NCBI GenBank assembly: GCA_963761335.1
Contig: CAVXGR010000013.1
Coordinates: forward strand, 32,001-96,000
Length of the DNA: 64,000 nt
Direction: 5' to 3'
Origin: an uncultured delta proteobacterium
Lineage (GTDB): Bacteria > Desulfobacterota > Binatia > HRBIN30 > BPIQ01
The notes under the pieces: generated by a model
What the model saw: only the letters and a program-made list of their open reading frames with translations
Told to the model about the DNA's origin: nothing
Database searches by the model: none
Program-made: the position numbers and the translations under genes
Part shown: positions 8,246 to 17,882 of the stretch, piece after piece
Position numbering within the stretch: the first letter of the stretch is position 1
How the letters are laid out: every line of letters starts with the position of its first letter

Positions 8246-11200
8246 TCACGGATTGTCGGGTTTGCGGGTTCTCGGGTTGTCGGTCGACCGTCGCCCGGCT
8301 GGACGCTGGCGCAGGCCGTGGCGCAATGACGCTCGCTCCAAGAACGATCCACGCAGCTCGTGCTGCGGCGGCAGGGAATCGCTCAGCTGCTTGACGACCG
8401 TGAAGGAGCGCGACCAAGCCGCCTGCGCATCGGCACGCCGGCGCTGCCGGTCCAGTACTTGGGCGGTGGTGGCGGCGATGCGCCATTCGACGAGCGGCAC
8501 CTCGCGACCCCGGATGGCGTCACCCGCCGCGGCGAGATGGACCTCGGCGTCCGACAGTCGCCCAGCCCGCAACGCGATCTCCGCCAGCAGCCGCGCCGCC
8601 TCGGCCCGCGGCCGCGGCTCGTCGGCCGTAGCGGCCAGCGCCTCCAGCGTCTCGGCATCACCGCGAGCCCGGTCGAAATCGCCACGCGCCAACCACAGCC
8701 GCGCCAGACCCTGGCGGAGGCGGAGCTGACCGGACCACGGCATTGCCGACCCCTCGGCCGCGCTTCCGAGCTCCGGCGCGGTCAAGGTCGCAAACGCCTC
8801 GTCCACCTTCCCGAGGCCGAGCAGCGCAAAGGCCAGCTGGAACATCGCGCTCTGGCGCGCCGCATCGGTCAGTCCCTCCAGCCGCAGCTCATCGCCCGCA
8901 ATGGCCGCCGCTCCAGCGAAATCGAGCGCTTCGGCGTGCAGCGAGGCCGCCTCCGAGCGCAGGAGGCTGGAAAAGTGAAGGTGGTTGATCGGGGCGCCCA
9001 CACGCAAGCCGTCGTCGATCGCCGCCAGGGCCATACCCCAATCCCCGAGCTGCAGGAGGGCGCCCACACGCACGTGGTAGCACCACAGGCACATGTAGGC
9101 GTTGCCGGCATCGCGGGCGATCTCGATGCCCTCGGCTGCCGTTCGTGCCGCCGCCCGCGAGTTGGAGCGGGCGAGCTGAAGGAGGGCAAGCACCACCGCG
9201 CTCTCCGCCAAAAGGTCGCCATCGCCCGTCCTTCGCGCCGCCGCGAGCGCCGCCTCGGCGAGCGGCACATCCGCCTCGCGGGCGCCCTGGAGCCGAAGCT
9301 GCCAGTATGCCGCATGTCCCTGGGCATTGGCGCGCACCCGCGAGTCCTCGATGCGCCGACTGAGAGCGATCCCCTCGTTGGACGCCAGGCGGCTGCCCTC
9401 GGAATCGACCCAGGCGAGCACCGTGGCGCGGTGGAGCACCGCATTGGCCTCCCACCGGGTTTCGCCGCGAGCCCGCGCCCACGCTGCCAGCGTGTCGCAT
9501 GCCTGCAGCGTGCCCGGCAGGTCGCCGAGCCCGCGGCGGACGCGGCTGAGCTGATCGAGGAGAACCGGATAGACCGCCGCCGCATCCACTTCGGGGAGGT
9601 GATCGATCAGCGCCACTGCGTGCGCGAGCCGGGCGGCTGCTTCGCGATGCGCCCAATTGCGCACGTCGCGGTCGGCGGCGCGCCGCAGGTGCTCGATGGC
9701 GCGCCGGTAATCGCGGCCTCCCTCGAAGTGGCGCGCCATCTGCGTTTCGATCACACCCGCATCCGCGCCATAGGTCTGCTCGAGCCATTCCGCGAGTCGC
9801 TGGTGCAAGCGGAGGCGTCGCGCTGCCGAGACCCGCTCGATCAGGATGCTTGGATAAAGAGCGTGGGTGAACCGATAGCGCGCCACCGGCGTTCCGTCGG
9901 GCCGCGTGTACAGGGCGGATGCGGCCAGGAACTGCCCTTGTCGTGCCAGCTCATCGCACCGCTCTTCGATCGCCAGAGGATCCTCCGCGAGCCCGGTCGC
10001 CACCGACGCCGCCGTGAACTCGCCACCGAGGACGCCCGCCACCTCGAGGACGCGCTGCGCCCCCGGGTCCAAGCGAGCAATCTGCTTCTCGATCAGCAGC
10101 CGCAGGCTCTCCGGCACGGCGCGAGCAATCTCGTCGAGCGGCCCCTTCAGCCGCCAGCGCCCGTCTTCGGAATCCAGCACGTGGAGCGCCACGAGCTCGT
10201 CGACGACGCGCACCATGAACAGCGGGTTCCCGTCCGTCCGCTCGGTGACGGCGCGGGCGAGCTCCGGCTGAAAGGCGTGCCCGCCGAAGCGCTGCGCCAG
10301 ATAGCCGGCGACGTGCTGCTCCTGCAGGAACGACAGCTCGATGGCTTCGCATTGGCGGCGCACGCGCAGCTCCTGGACGAGCTCACGCACGGGGTGTCCG
10401 GCTACCGCTGCATCCGCCGAGCGATAGCTCGCCACCACCAGCAGACGGGCCGGCTCCTCGCGCCTGCCGAGCATGGCGAGCAGGTCGAGTGTGGAATAGT
10501 CGCTCCAATGCAGGTCTTCGAGCACCAACAGGATCGGAGTCGCGGCGGTCAGCACCTCGAGAGCTTCCGCCATCTCGCGCAACATCCGTTCCTTGGTGAC
10601 GCCCAGCAACTGGCGGCGCAGTGTCTCGCGATTGTCCCGCTTTTCGAGCCACGGCAGCTGCACCAGCCAGGTGGGAGCGTGGGTCTCGAGGACCCGGACG
10701 ACGCGGTCGGCTCCGGGCTCGCGCAACAATCGCCCGAAAGCCTCGAGAACCGGCAGATACGCCTCCGCCGCCCCGTAGTGCCCCAGGCAGGCGCCGCGCG
10801 CCATCAACAGATCCGGATGGGACGCGGCGCGGGCCAGAAATGCGTCGATCGCCGTGGTCTTGCCGATGCCGGCTTCTCCGGAAAGGAACACCAGTTGGCG
10901 CTCGCCTGCGAGAGCGCGCGCCAGCCGCTCGGCGAGCTGTGCAAGCACTCCGTCCCGGCCGACCAGAGCGCTGCGCGGATCGTCCGCGGCCAGGGGCTTT
11001 GCCGGACGGCTGCGGGGCGCGATGAAGCGATAGCCCCGGCGCGGCACGGTCTCGATGAACGACGGTACCGCGGGATCGTCGCCGAGGGCGCGGCGAATCT
11101 CCAGGATGATTCCCTTGAGCACACCGTCGGTGACGTGGGTGTTCGCCCACCCGGCTCGCAGCAGCTCCTCCTTCGAGACCAGCTGCCCGCCGTCTTCAAT

Positions 11201-11323
11201 CAGCCGGCGAAGAACCGCAAACGCCTTCGGCGTGAGGGCGACGACCTCGTCCCGGTACCATAGCCGCTCGCCGGCGAGATCCAGGCAAAGCTCCCCGAAC
11301 GTGAGGCGTCGATCGGCTTCCAT
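8246..11323 (-). CDS. OmpR/CadC-type winged-helix + AAA (STAND) ATPase + TPR-like transcriptional regulator
   Basis: N-terminal LTPKAFAVL...IETVPRRGYRF; Walker A GEAGIGKT; Walker B LVLEDLHWSD; GNPLF; helical C-terminus. Confidence 0.9.
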   Translation of the reverse strand: MEADRRLTFGELCLDLAGERLWYRDEVVALTPKAFAVLRRLIEDGGQLVSKEELLRAGWANTHVTDGVLKGIILEIRRALGDDPAVPSFIETVPRRGYRFIAPRSRPAKPLAADDPRSALVGRDGVLAQLAERLARALAGERQLVFLSGEAGIGKTTAIDAFLARAASHPDLLMARGACLGHYGAAEAYLPVLEAFGRLLREPGADRVVRVLETHAPTWLVQLPWLEKRDNRETLRRQLLGVTKERMLREMAEALEVLTAATPILLVLEDLHWSDYSTLDLLAMLGRREEPARLLVVASYRSADAAVAGHPVRELVQELRVRRQCEAIELSFLQEQHVAGYLAQRFGGHAFQPELARAVTERTDGNPLFMVRVVDELVALHVLDSEDGRWRLKGPLDEIARAVPESLRLLIEKQIARLDPGAQRVLEVAGVLGGEFTAASVATGLAEDPLAIEERCDELARQGQFLAASALYTRPDGTPVARYRFTHALYPSILIERVSAARRLRLHQRLAEWLEQTYGADAGVIETQMARHFEGGRDYRRAIEHLRRAADRDVRNWAHREAAARLAHAVALIDHLPEVDAAAVYPVLLDQLSRVRRGLGDLPGTLQACDTLAAWARARGETRWEANAVLHRATVLAWVDSEGSRLASNEGIALSRRIEDSRVRANAQGHAAYWQLRLQGAREADVPLAEAALAAARRTGDGDLLAESAVVLALLQLARSNSRAAARTAAEGIEIARDAGNAYMCLWCYHVRVGALLQLGDWGMALAAIDDGLRVGAPINHLHFSSLLRSEAASLHAEALDFAGAAAIAGDELRLEGLTDAARQSAMFQLAFALLGLGKVDEAFATLTAPELGSAAEGSAMPWSGQLRLRQGLARLWLARGDFDRARGDAETLEALAATADEPRPRAEAARLLAEIALRAGRLSDAEVHLAAAGDAIRGREVPLVEWRIAATTAQVLDRQRRRADAQAAWSRSFTVVKQLSDSLPPQHELRGSFLERASLRHGLRQRPAGRRSTDNPRTRKPDNP
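8249..8288. repeat. Degenerate 8-bp tandem repeat (CGGGTTNN)
   Basis: cggattgt|cgggtttg|cgggttct|cgggttgt|cggtcgac. Related arrays at 18591-18630, 25856-25879 and 32372-32469. Confidence 0.7.
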
Positions 11324-11347
11324 CGTCCGGCTCGATGAGAACCACTC

Positions 11348-11376
11348 TCTAACCGACTTCTAACCGCAATCTCACG
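11348..11376. promoter_or_regulatory. Direct repeats with 11-bp period; probable wHTH (OmpR/SARP-type) binding site
   Basis: TCTAACCG at 11348 and 11359, and TCTCACG at 11370, between the divergent regulator and the GFA gene. Confidence 0.6.
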
Positions 11377-11546
11377 TACGTTCCATCGCCACTGGGTCGC
11401 GCGGGCGATATCTTCGCGCGCATCGAAAGGAACCGCAAGCGCCGCGCAGTCGCGTGTCAACTGACCCCGGCAGCCGGATCGGCATCCGGAGATGGCATCA
11501 GATGCCGTTGCGGGGAATCGCAAGCACACCAACGAGGAGGTACATC

Positions 11547-11981
11547 ATGAGCAAGAGAGAGGACTACAGAGGCAGCTGCTTCTGCGGTGCAGTCCAGTTC
11601 ACGGTCAGCGGTGAGCCGGTGGCAATGGGCTATTGCCATTGTGAGTCGTGTCGTCGCTGGTCGGCAGGGCCCGTCAATGCCTTCACGCTGTGGAAGCCCG
11701 AAGCGCTGCAGGTCACGCGCGGGGCAGACAACCTCGGCACGTACAACAAGACGCCGAACAGCTGCCGCAAGTGGTGCAAGACGTGCGGCGGCCACCTCTT
11801 CACCGAGCACCCGGGCATGGGGCTCACCGACGTGTACGCCGCGGTCATCCCGGATTTCCCGTACCGCGCCGGCGTCCATGTCCATTACCAGGAGACCAAG
11901 CTGCGAATGAGTGACGGGTTGCCGAAGATGAAGGACGTCCCGAGGGAGATGGGCGGCTCGGGCGTCAGCCTGCCGGAATGA
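11547..11981 (+). CDS. GFA/CENP-V family Zn-binding protein
   Basis: GSCFCGAV, CHCESCRR and WCKTCG; GAGGAGG RBS before ATG 11547. Confidence 0.9.
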   Translation: MSKREDYRGSCFCGAVQFTVSGEPVAMGYCHCESCRRWSAGPVNAFTLWKPEALQVTRGADNLGTYNKTPNSCRKWCKTCGGHLFTEHPGMGLTDVYAAVIPDFPYRAGVHVHYQETKLRMSDGLPKMKDVPREMGGSGVSLPE

Positions 11982-12063
11982 CAGATCGCGCTCCGCGCGC
12001 GCGCAGCGAGTCCTCTAGAGGGCCGCGAGAGTGCGCGCCGGCCGCGATCGATCGAAAGGGGCG

Positions 12064-12894
12064 ATGATGAAGCGAACTCTGATGATGGCAGTGATCGCGA
12101 CAGGACTCGCGATGAATCTGGCGAGCCTGGCGGACGCGGCAGCCCGCGGCTTTCCGAGGATGCCCGTCACCCGGTGCGCCACCGACGCGGTGGTGGCGGG
12201 GACTGTGTGCCTGGACAGGTACGAGGCGAGCGTGTGGCGGGTGCCCGATCCGACCGCGACGAACGCAATCCTGGTGAGGAAGATCCAGCTGGGGACCGCG
12301 ACGCAGGCCGATCTCATCGCCGGCGGGGCGACGCAGCTGGGCACGAATGGGGACGACTACGCGCCGTGCGCGGACAACGGCCAGAACTGCGCCGAAGATA
12401 TCTACGCCGTGAGCCTGCCGTCGGAGATCCCCGCCGCCTTGATCACCTGGTTCCAGGCACAAGAAGCATGCGCCAATGCCGGCAAGCGGCTACCGACGAG
12501 CGCGGAGTGGCAGATAGGGGCGAACGGAACGCCGGATCCCGGGCCGGACAATGGGACGACGGACTGCAACACCGGGAGCGACGACGCGGCGTCTCTCACC
12601 GGTTCGCGCAGCAGCTGCGTCTCGGCGCGCGGAGCCTACGACATGGTCGGCAACCTGGCCGAGTGGGTGGCGGACTGGGTGCCGCGGTCGACGGAATGCC
12701 CGGGCTGGGTCGGCTTCAGCGATGACATGATGTGTCTCGCCGGGGCAAGCGAGACCTCCAGCGGCCCGGGGGCGCTGGTTCGCGGCGGCGCCTTCACCGT
12801 CGCCAGCGGCGCGCTTGCCGGCCCGCTCACGGTCTTCGGTACCCTGCAGCCGTCTCGCATGGTCAACTTCGTCGGCTTTCGCTGCGCGCGCTAG
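12064..12894 (+). CDS. Secreted FGE-sulfatase/SUMF1-fold (C-type-lectin-like) protein
   Basis: Signal peptide; [48 protein letters not shown]. Confidence 0.85.
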   Translation: MMKRTLMMAVIATGLAMNLASLADAAARGFPRMPVTRCATDAVVAGTVCLDRYEASVWRVPDPTATNAILVRKIQLGTATQADLIAGGATQLGTNGDDYAPCADNGQNCAEDIYAVSLPSEIPAALITWFQAQEACANAGKRLPTSAEWQIGANGTPDPGPDNGTTDCNTGSDDAASLTGSRSSCVSARGAYDMVGNLAEWVADWVPRSTECPGWVGFSDDMMCLAGASETSSGPGALVRGGAFTVASGALAGPLTVFGTLQPSRMVNFVGFRCAR

Positions 12895-12936
12895 CCACTG
12901 TCGCTGCTCTGGCGGGCCGAGCCGACAGAACCGGGT

Positions 12937-13704
12937 TTATCCGAGCGTCAGCTTCTCGCGCCTGTGTTGCTGGGCGTGCTCCCAGCCGAGCGCGGCGCCG
13001 ACGATGCCGGCCTCGTTGTGCAGCTTGGCCTCGACGACCGGCGTGCGCAGCTTCAGCGACGGAAGGAACTTGTCGGCCTTCTTGCTGACCCCGCCGCCGA
13101 TGATGAAGAGGTCGGGCCACAGGTAGGACTCCAGGGTGAGCAGGTACTTCTCGACGCGGTGCGCCCACTTCTTCCAGCTCAGGCTCTTGGCGCTGCGCAC
13201 GCTGTCGGCGGCCCAGTGCTCGGCGTCCTTGCCGTGCACGGTGATGTGACCGAGCTCGGTGTTGGGCACCAGGTGGCCGTTGGTGAACAGGGCGGAGCCG
13301 ATGCCGGTGCCGAGGGTCACCACCAGCACCACGCCGGCGCGGCCGCGGCCGGCACCGAAGTGCATCTCGGCGTAGCCGGCGGCGTCGGCGTCGTTGATCA
13401 CGGTCACCGCGCGGCCGGCGATCGGACGCAGGAGGCGCAGCGCGTCGGTGCCGATCCAGCGCTTGGAGATGTTGGCGGCGGTGCGCACTACGCCGTGCTG
13501 CACCACGGCGGGCAGGCCACAGCCGACCGGGCCCTTCCAGGAGAAGTGTGCGACGATGTCGCCGATGACGCGGGACACGGCGCGCGGCGTCGCCGGCAGC
13601 GGCGTCGGGATGCGGTGTCTCTCCGCCAGCAGCCGCCCGCGCGCCGTGTCCACGGGCGCGCCCTTGATGCCGCTGCCGCCGATATCGATGCCCAGAACCT
13701 CCAT
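12937..13704 (-). CDS. ppgK: Polyphosphate glucokinase (ROK family)
   Basis: [63 protein letters not shown]. Confidence 0.92.
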   Translation of the reverse strand: MEVLGIDIGGSGIKGAPVDTARGRLLAERHRIPTPLPATPRAVSRVIGDIVAHFSWKGPVGCGLPAVVQHGVVRTAANISKRWIGTDALRLLRPIAGRAVTVINDADAAGYAEMHFGAGRGRAGVVLVVTLGTGIGSALFTNGHLVPNTELGHITVHGKDAEHWAADSVRSAKSLSWKKWAHRVEKYLLTLESYLWPDLFIIGGGVSKKADKFLPSLKLRTPVVEAKLHNEAGIVGAALGWEHAQQHRREKLTLG

Positions 13705-13804
13705 GCCCATCCCCCTCTGGCTCTTCAGATCTCTCACCGATCGCCGCCGTTGACAAGACGATGCCCGGGTTCTCGTGGGCGGCGCCGCGCGAATCCGCTT
13801 CTCC

Positions 13805-13936
13805 ATTCTCATTCCCGGTTCTCGTCCCGTCGTTCTCCATTCGCTCTGACGGCCAGGACCGACCTCCAGCGAATCGGCCTTACCCGAGGCTCACAGAGCA
13901 ATGGAGAACGACGGGACGAGAACCGGGAATGAGAAT
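13805..13936. repeat. Long inverted repeat (37-bp perfect arms), MITE/REP-like family B
   Basis: ATTCTCATTCCCGGTTCTCGTCCCGTCGTTCTCCATT at 13805-13841 is the exact reverse complement of 13900-13936. Confidence 0.9.
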
Positions 13937-13972
13937 AAAGAACAGCGGCCGGGACGGCCGCGCTCCCGAGGG

Positions 13973-14455
13973 TCAGCCGGAGACGGTGCGAAGCTCGACG
14001 ATCGGCACGCGTTCGGCGAGGGCGCGGATCTGCTCGGGGGAGCCGTCGAAGGGGACGCCGAGAATGCGGGCGATGGCGCGCGCCGCCAGCGGGTGGTCGA
14101 CGGCGTAGCGCCGCAGCTCCTCGGCCGCCTCGTCGAGGGGCAGCTCGCGAGCCCGCGCCGGGGAACGCCGCCGGCCGACACAGACCTCGACCTCGGGAGA
14201 GGCGAGGACGTTGCGGTACCAATCGGAGCCGCGGCCGAATCCAGAGGCCACCAGGTACCGCCGCGGCTCGTCCTCATGGCGGATCACCTCGAGCACCGTC
14301 TCCCGCCGCCGGCCGCTCCTGCGGCCGCGGTGCACCAGCATCATGAAGCGGCTGCCGAGAAGAAAGCCGAGGCCGGCGCGATAGAGCGCAATCGGCGCGC
14401 GGTAGAGAAGCCGCGCCAGCGGGCCTTGCCGCGAGCCGCTCATCGCCCGCGCCAT
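13973..14455 (-). CDS. Deazaflavin (F420)-dependent nitroreductase-family oxidoreductase
   Basis: LVHRGRRSGRRRET, VASGFG..SDWYRNV.A.P.V. Confidence 0.88.
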   Translation of the reverse strand: MARAMSGSRQGPLARLLYRAPIALYRAGLGFLLGSRFMMLVHRGRRSGRRRETVLEVIRHEDEPRRYLVASGFGRGSDWYRNVLASPEVEVCVGRRRSPARARELPLDEAAEELRRYAVDHPLAARAIARILGVPFDGSPEQIRALAERVPIVELRTVSG

Positions 14456-14586
14456 CCGCGGGCGCCCAGAAGGTTGTGCGGGCGTTGGAAGGGAAAGGAA
14501 TCCGAGATCAGTTCCGGCACGAGGCGATTATAGAGCCTCAGCTGCCCACGGCAACGTCCTTGGAAAAGCCGCGATGAGGAACCCCC

Positions 14587-17160
14587 TCACTCGTTCCGCA
14601 GCGCTTCGGTGACCGAAAGACGCGAAGCCCGCACGGATGGAAGCAGGGAACCAATCAGGCAGAGAACGATCGTCAAGACTGCGGCGCTGATCGCAAAGCC
14701 GTAGGGGAAGTGAAGATCCAGCTTCCAGCCCAGCACCGCTGGAAACTGAATGGTTACCCAGAAGACGCCGAGAGCCATGCCGATCACGAGGGCCAATATC
14801 AAGCCCAGGAGGCCAACCGTACCGCCCTGAAGCATGACCATTGCGAACAGTTGTCTCCGGGGTAGGCCCAAGGCACGCATTGTCGCAAATTGTCTGCTTC
14901 GCTCCACAACTCCGGCAGCGAGGGTATCGCCGATTCCCAAGAGCACAAGCAAGAAGGTCATCGCTTCCATCAGGTACGTGGTGCTGAATGCCTGCCGCGC
15001 CTGAGCCGCAAAATATTCAACCAGGGCCGGCGCGGAGCGAATCAGTAGGCGGTGCTGACGAACAAGCTGCTTTGAAAGGGAAGCTGCGGCAAGCTTGGGC
15101 ATGAGCCCGTGATCCAGGGCAACATGTATCCAAGTGACCATTCGGTCTCCCCAGACTTCTTTGTACAGATCACGAGAGAAGATGATCGCTGTTTCTGGCT
15201 CTGAGCGTGTGACTGCAACAATCAGCATCGGCCGGGTGCCGCCCGGTGACGGGAGATAGACTGTGTCCCCAGCGACTACGTGGAATTTCTGCGAGAATGG
15301 GGTCGACACAATTGCGCCCTGTCCCGAGATAAGTCGCTGTGTCGCGTCCGGCAATACATCGCCCACGAAAGGCCACTGGCAAACACGCGAGTCGTGAAAG
15401 CAGCTGGGATCGTACGCGTCGAGCACCGCTCGTTGACCACTGTACTGTATGTCGGCGCGCTTCTCCCCCGCGACGGCAGCCACCTCCTTCAGCATTCCTA
15501 TTTCTTCGACGAGTGAGTCGCTGAGCGGCGCACTCACCCAACCGCCAGTGACGAACGCGGAAGTTATGATCAAATCCGCCTTGAGCCGAGACGACACCTG
15601 AGAGACCAGCGTCCGCTCGAAGCTCCAACCGAGCATCCCAAACAGCAGGACGGCGCCGAGGCCGACGCCGAGGGTGGCGACGGTGAGGGCGGAGCGGCGC
15701 GGCTGCCACTGGATGTGCTTGGCGGCGAAGCGACCGGTGGGGCCGAAGATTCGTTCCCAAACCACCGCCAGGGCGCGGCCCCCGATCGCCACCACCGGTG
15801 CCGCCGCCAGCATCACTGCCAGCGCCATCAGCGCCGTGGTCACGTGCCCCAGCGCCGTGATCTGCGAGACCTGCTGCCAGATCACCAGCACCACCACCGC
15901 CCCGATCAGTACGCCCGGCAAGAGCAGTCGCCGCCACCCCGGCCGCGCCGCCGGCATCTCCCGACCCCGCATCCGCAGCGCCGCCACCGGCTGCTTGCGC
16001 GCCAGCCGCAGCGCCGGCATCACCGCCGCGGCCACCGCCGCCACCATGCCGACCGCCGTTCCCACTGCCACCGCCGCCCAGCTCAACACCTCCGGCGCCG
16101 CCGCCGGCACCGGCACCCGAAAGGCAATCGCCGTCGTCTGCGCCAGAAACGGCAGCCCGTATCGGCCGATCACACTTCCCAGCGCCAACCCCAGCGCCGT
16201 ACCCGCAGCTCCCAGAATCAGGCTCTCCTTGAGCAGCTCCCGGAACACCACCGCCCGTCCCAGGCCCACTGCCCGCAGCAGCCCCACCTGCCAGGTGCGC
16301 GCCTCGAAGACCGCCCCCAGCCGGCTGTAGCAGATGACGAACCCCGCCAGCACCGCCAGCAGCCCGAACGCCGACAGCATCAGCTGAAAGCCCCCCACCG
16401 TCTTGCGGATCACGTTCTTGCGCAGCGCCGGCTCCTCGACCCGCAGCCCCGCCGGCAACACCGCCTCCAGCGCCCGCCGCACCGTCTCCGGGCTCGCGCC
16501 GCTCTCCACCCGCACGTCGATCTGACTGATCTGCCCGTCGGCGGTGAAGGCGCGCTCGGCGGCGAACAGGTCCATCACCACCAGCCGCCCGTCCAGCGTT
16601 TTCGCCAGCCCCTGTGGGTCGAGCAGGCCGCGAATGGTGAACCCCTGCACTCCCTTCGGCGTCACCAGCTCGACCCGGTCGCCCACCTTCAGGCCGCGCC
16701 GCTGCGCGAAGGCGCGGCCGAGAATGATCGAGTCGGGGGCGTTGAGAAACTCCAGCAGATCGTCCACCACGCCCTTGCTGCCGCCGGTGTGATACAGGCG
16801 CACGGCGGCGTCGTGGGTGAGATCGACACCGTGCACGGTGAGAAGCTCGCCGCTGCCGTCGTCCGGAAAGGCCACGCCGCGTACCAGAGGCGCCGCCACC
16901 TCCACGCCGTCGGTCGCCTCCACCGCATCCACCAGCTCGTCCGAGAAGGTCAGCCCCGGTCCCGGCGAGATGGTCAGCGACGCCCTTCCCGCCATGGCAT
17001 CCGCCGTGTCCAGAAACGACTGCAGCACCGCCGAGTTCATCAGCTGGATGCCCACCACCAGCCCCACCCCCAGAGCCACCGCCACCACGCTCAGCGCCAT
17101 CTGCCGCTGACGCGCCCGCATCTGGCGATACGCCATCTTCAGAGACAGCGCCCGTCTCAT
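14587..17160 (-). CDS. Duplicated FtsX/MacB-type ABC transporter permease
   Basis: Two MacB-periplasmic + FtsX halves; R..QVGLLRAVG and ERSRQFATMRALG motifs; ends EALRNE. Confidence 0.9.
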   Translation of the reverse strand: MRRALSLKMAYRQMRARQRQMALSVVAVALGVGLVVGIQLMNSAVLQSFLDTADAMAGRASLTISPGPGLTFSDELVDAVEATDGVEVAAPLVRGVAFPDDGSGELLTVHGVDLTHDAAVRLYHTGGSKGVVDDLLEFLNAPDSIILGRAFAQRRGLKVGDRVELVTPKGVQGFTIRGLLDPQGLAKTLDGRLVVMDLFAAERAFTADGQISQIDVRVESGASPETVRRALEAVLPAGLRVEEPALRKNVIRKTVGGFQLMLSAFGLLAVLAGFVICYSRLGAVFEARTWQVGLLRAVGLGRAVVFRELLKESLILGAAGTALGLALGSVIGRYGLPFLAQTTAIAFRVPVPAAAPEVLSWAAVAVGTAVGMVAAVAAAVMPALRLARKQPVAALRMRGREMPAARPGWRRLLLPGVLIGAVVVLVIWQQVSQITALGHVTTALMALAVMLAAAPVVAIGGRALAVVWERIFGPTGRFAAKHIQWQPRRSALTVATLGVGLGAVLLFGMLGWSFERTLVSQVSSRLKADLIITSAFVTGGWVSAPLSDSLVEEIGMLKEVAAVAGEKRADIQYSGQRAVLDAYDPSCFHDSRVCQWPFVGDVLPDATQRLISGQGAIVSTPFSQKFHVVAGDTVYLPSPGGTRPMLIVAVTRSEPETAIIFSRDLYKEVWGDRMVTWIHVALDHGLMPKLAAASLSKQLVRQHRLLIRSAPALVEYFAAQARQAFSTTYLMEAMTFLLVLLGIGDTLAAGVVERSRQFATMRALGLPRRQLFAMVMLQGGTVGLLGLILALVIGMALGVFWVTIQFPAVLGWKLDLHFPYGFAISAAVLTIVLCLIGSLLPSVRASRLSVTEALRNE

Positions 17161-17882
17161 CGTTGCGGATGCACCACCGCCAGGCGGGGCTGCTCGCGGG
17201 CGCGCACGTCGCGAATGATGGCGCCGTCGCGCAGCTCCAGGGTGCGGTGACCGTAGGTCGCCGCGAGCACGTTGTGCGTGACCATCACCACGGTCACTCC
17301 CCGCGACGAGTTGAGGCTCCGCAACAGGTCGAGGATCTTCTCCCCCGTGTGCGAGTCGAGATTCCCGGTCGGCTCATCGGCGAGCAACAATGCCGGATCA
17401 GGAGCAATGGCGCGGGCAATGGCCACCCGCTGCTGCTCGCCTCCGGAGAGCTCGGCGGGATAGCGCCGGCCGCAGCCGTGGACGTTGACCTGGGCGAGCG
17501 CCTCGGCGGTACGGCGCCGCACCTCGACGCGCGAGTATCCGGAGAACTCCAGCGGCCAGGCGACATTCTCCTCGACGGTGAACTCGGGCAGCAGATTGAA
17601 CGACTGGAAGACGAAGCCGATGGTCCGCAGCCGCATCGCCGAGAGCTCGCGGTCGGAAAGGGCGGCGAGATGATTGCCGGCGACGGTGACCGCGCCGTCG
17701 TCGGGCGTATCCAGACCGGCGATCAGGTTGAGCAGCGTCGTCTTCCCCGAGCCGCTCGGGCCCATGAGGGAGACGAACTCGCCTTCGCGAAAGACGGCAC
17801 TGAGATTGTCCAGCACCGGGGCCGGCCGCGACCCGTAGGTCTTGGTGACACCGTGCAGCTCGACGATGGGCCTGGCGTTCAT
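17157..17882 (-). CDS. ABC transporter ATP-binding protein (LolD/MacB-like)
   Basis: GPSGSGKTT, LSGGEQQRVAIARA, LLADEPTGNLD, VTH; 4-bp start/stop overlaps with both neighbours. Confidence 0.95.
   Translation of the reverse strand: MNARPIVELHGVTKTYGSRPAPVLDNLSAVFREGEFVSLMGPSGSGKTTLLNLIAGLDTPDDGAVTVAGNHLAALSDRELSAMRLRTIGFVFQSFNLLPEFTVEENVAWPLEFSGYSRVEVRRRTAEALAQVNVHGCGRRYPAELSGGEQQRVAIARAIAPDPALLLADEPTGNLDSHTGEKILDLLRSLNSSRGVTVVMVTHNVLAATYGHRTLELRDGAIIRDVRAREQPRLAVVHPQR

Noticed and set aside
8360..11263. Long antisense and alternative-frame ORFs (e.g. 8360-11263, 18577-21354, 27844-30600, 52427-54874)
   Set aside because: They are shadow ORFs of high-GC genes, with Arg/Ala/Pro-rich translations, no family motifs, and full overlap with well-supported genes.
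12064..12894. Diversity-generating retroelement target (FGE/CLec fold; also DUF1566 at 32470-33180)
   Set aside because: I saw no reverse transcriptase and no template repeat matching either 3' end. A remote DGR elsewhere in the genome cannot be excluded.
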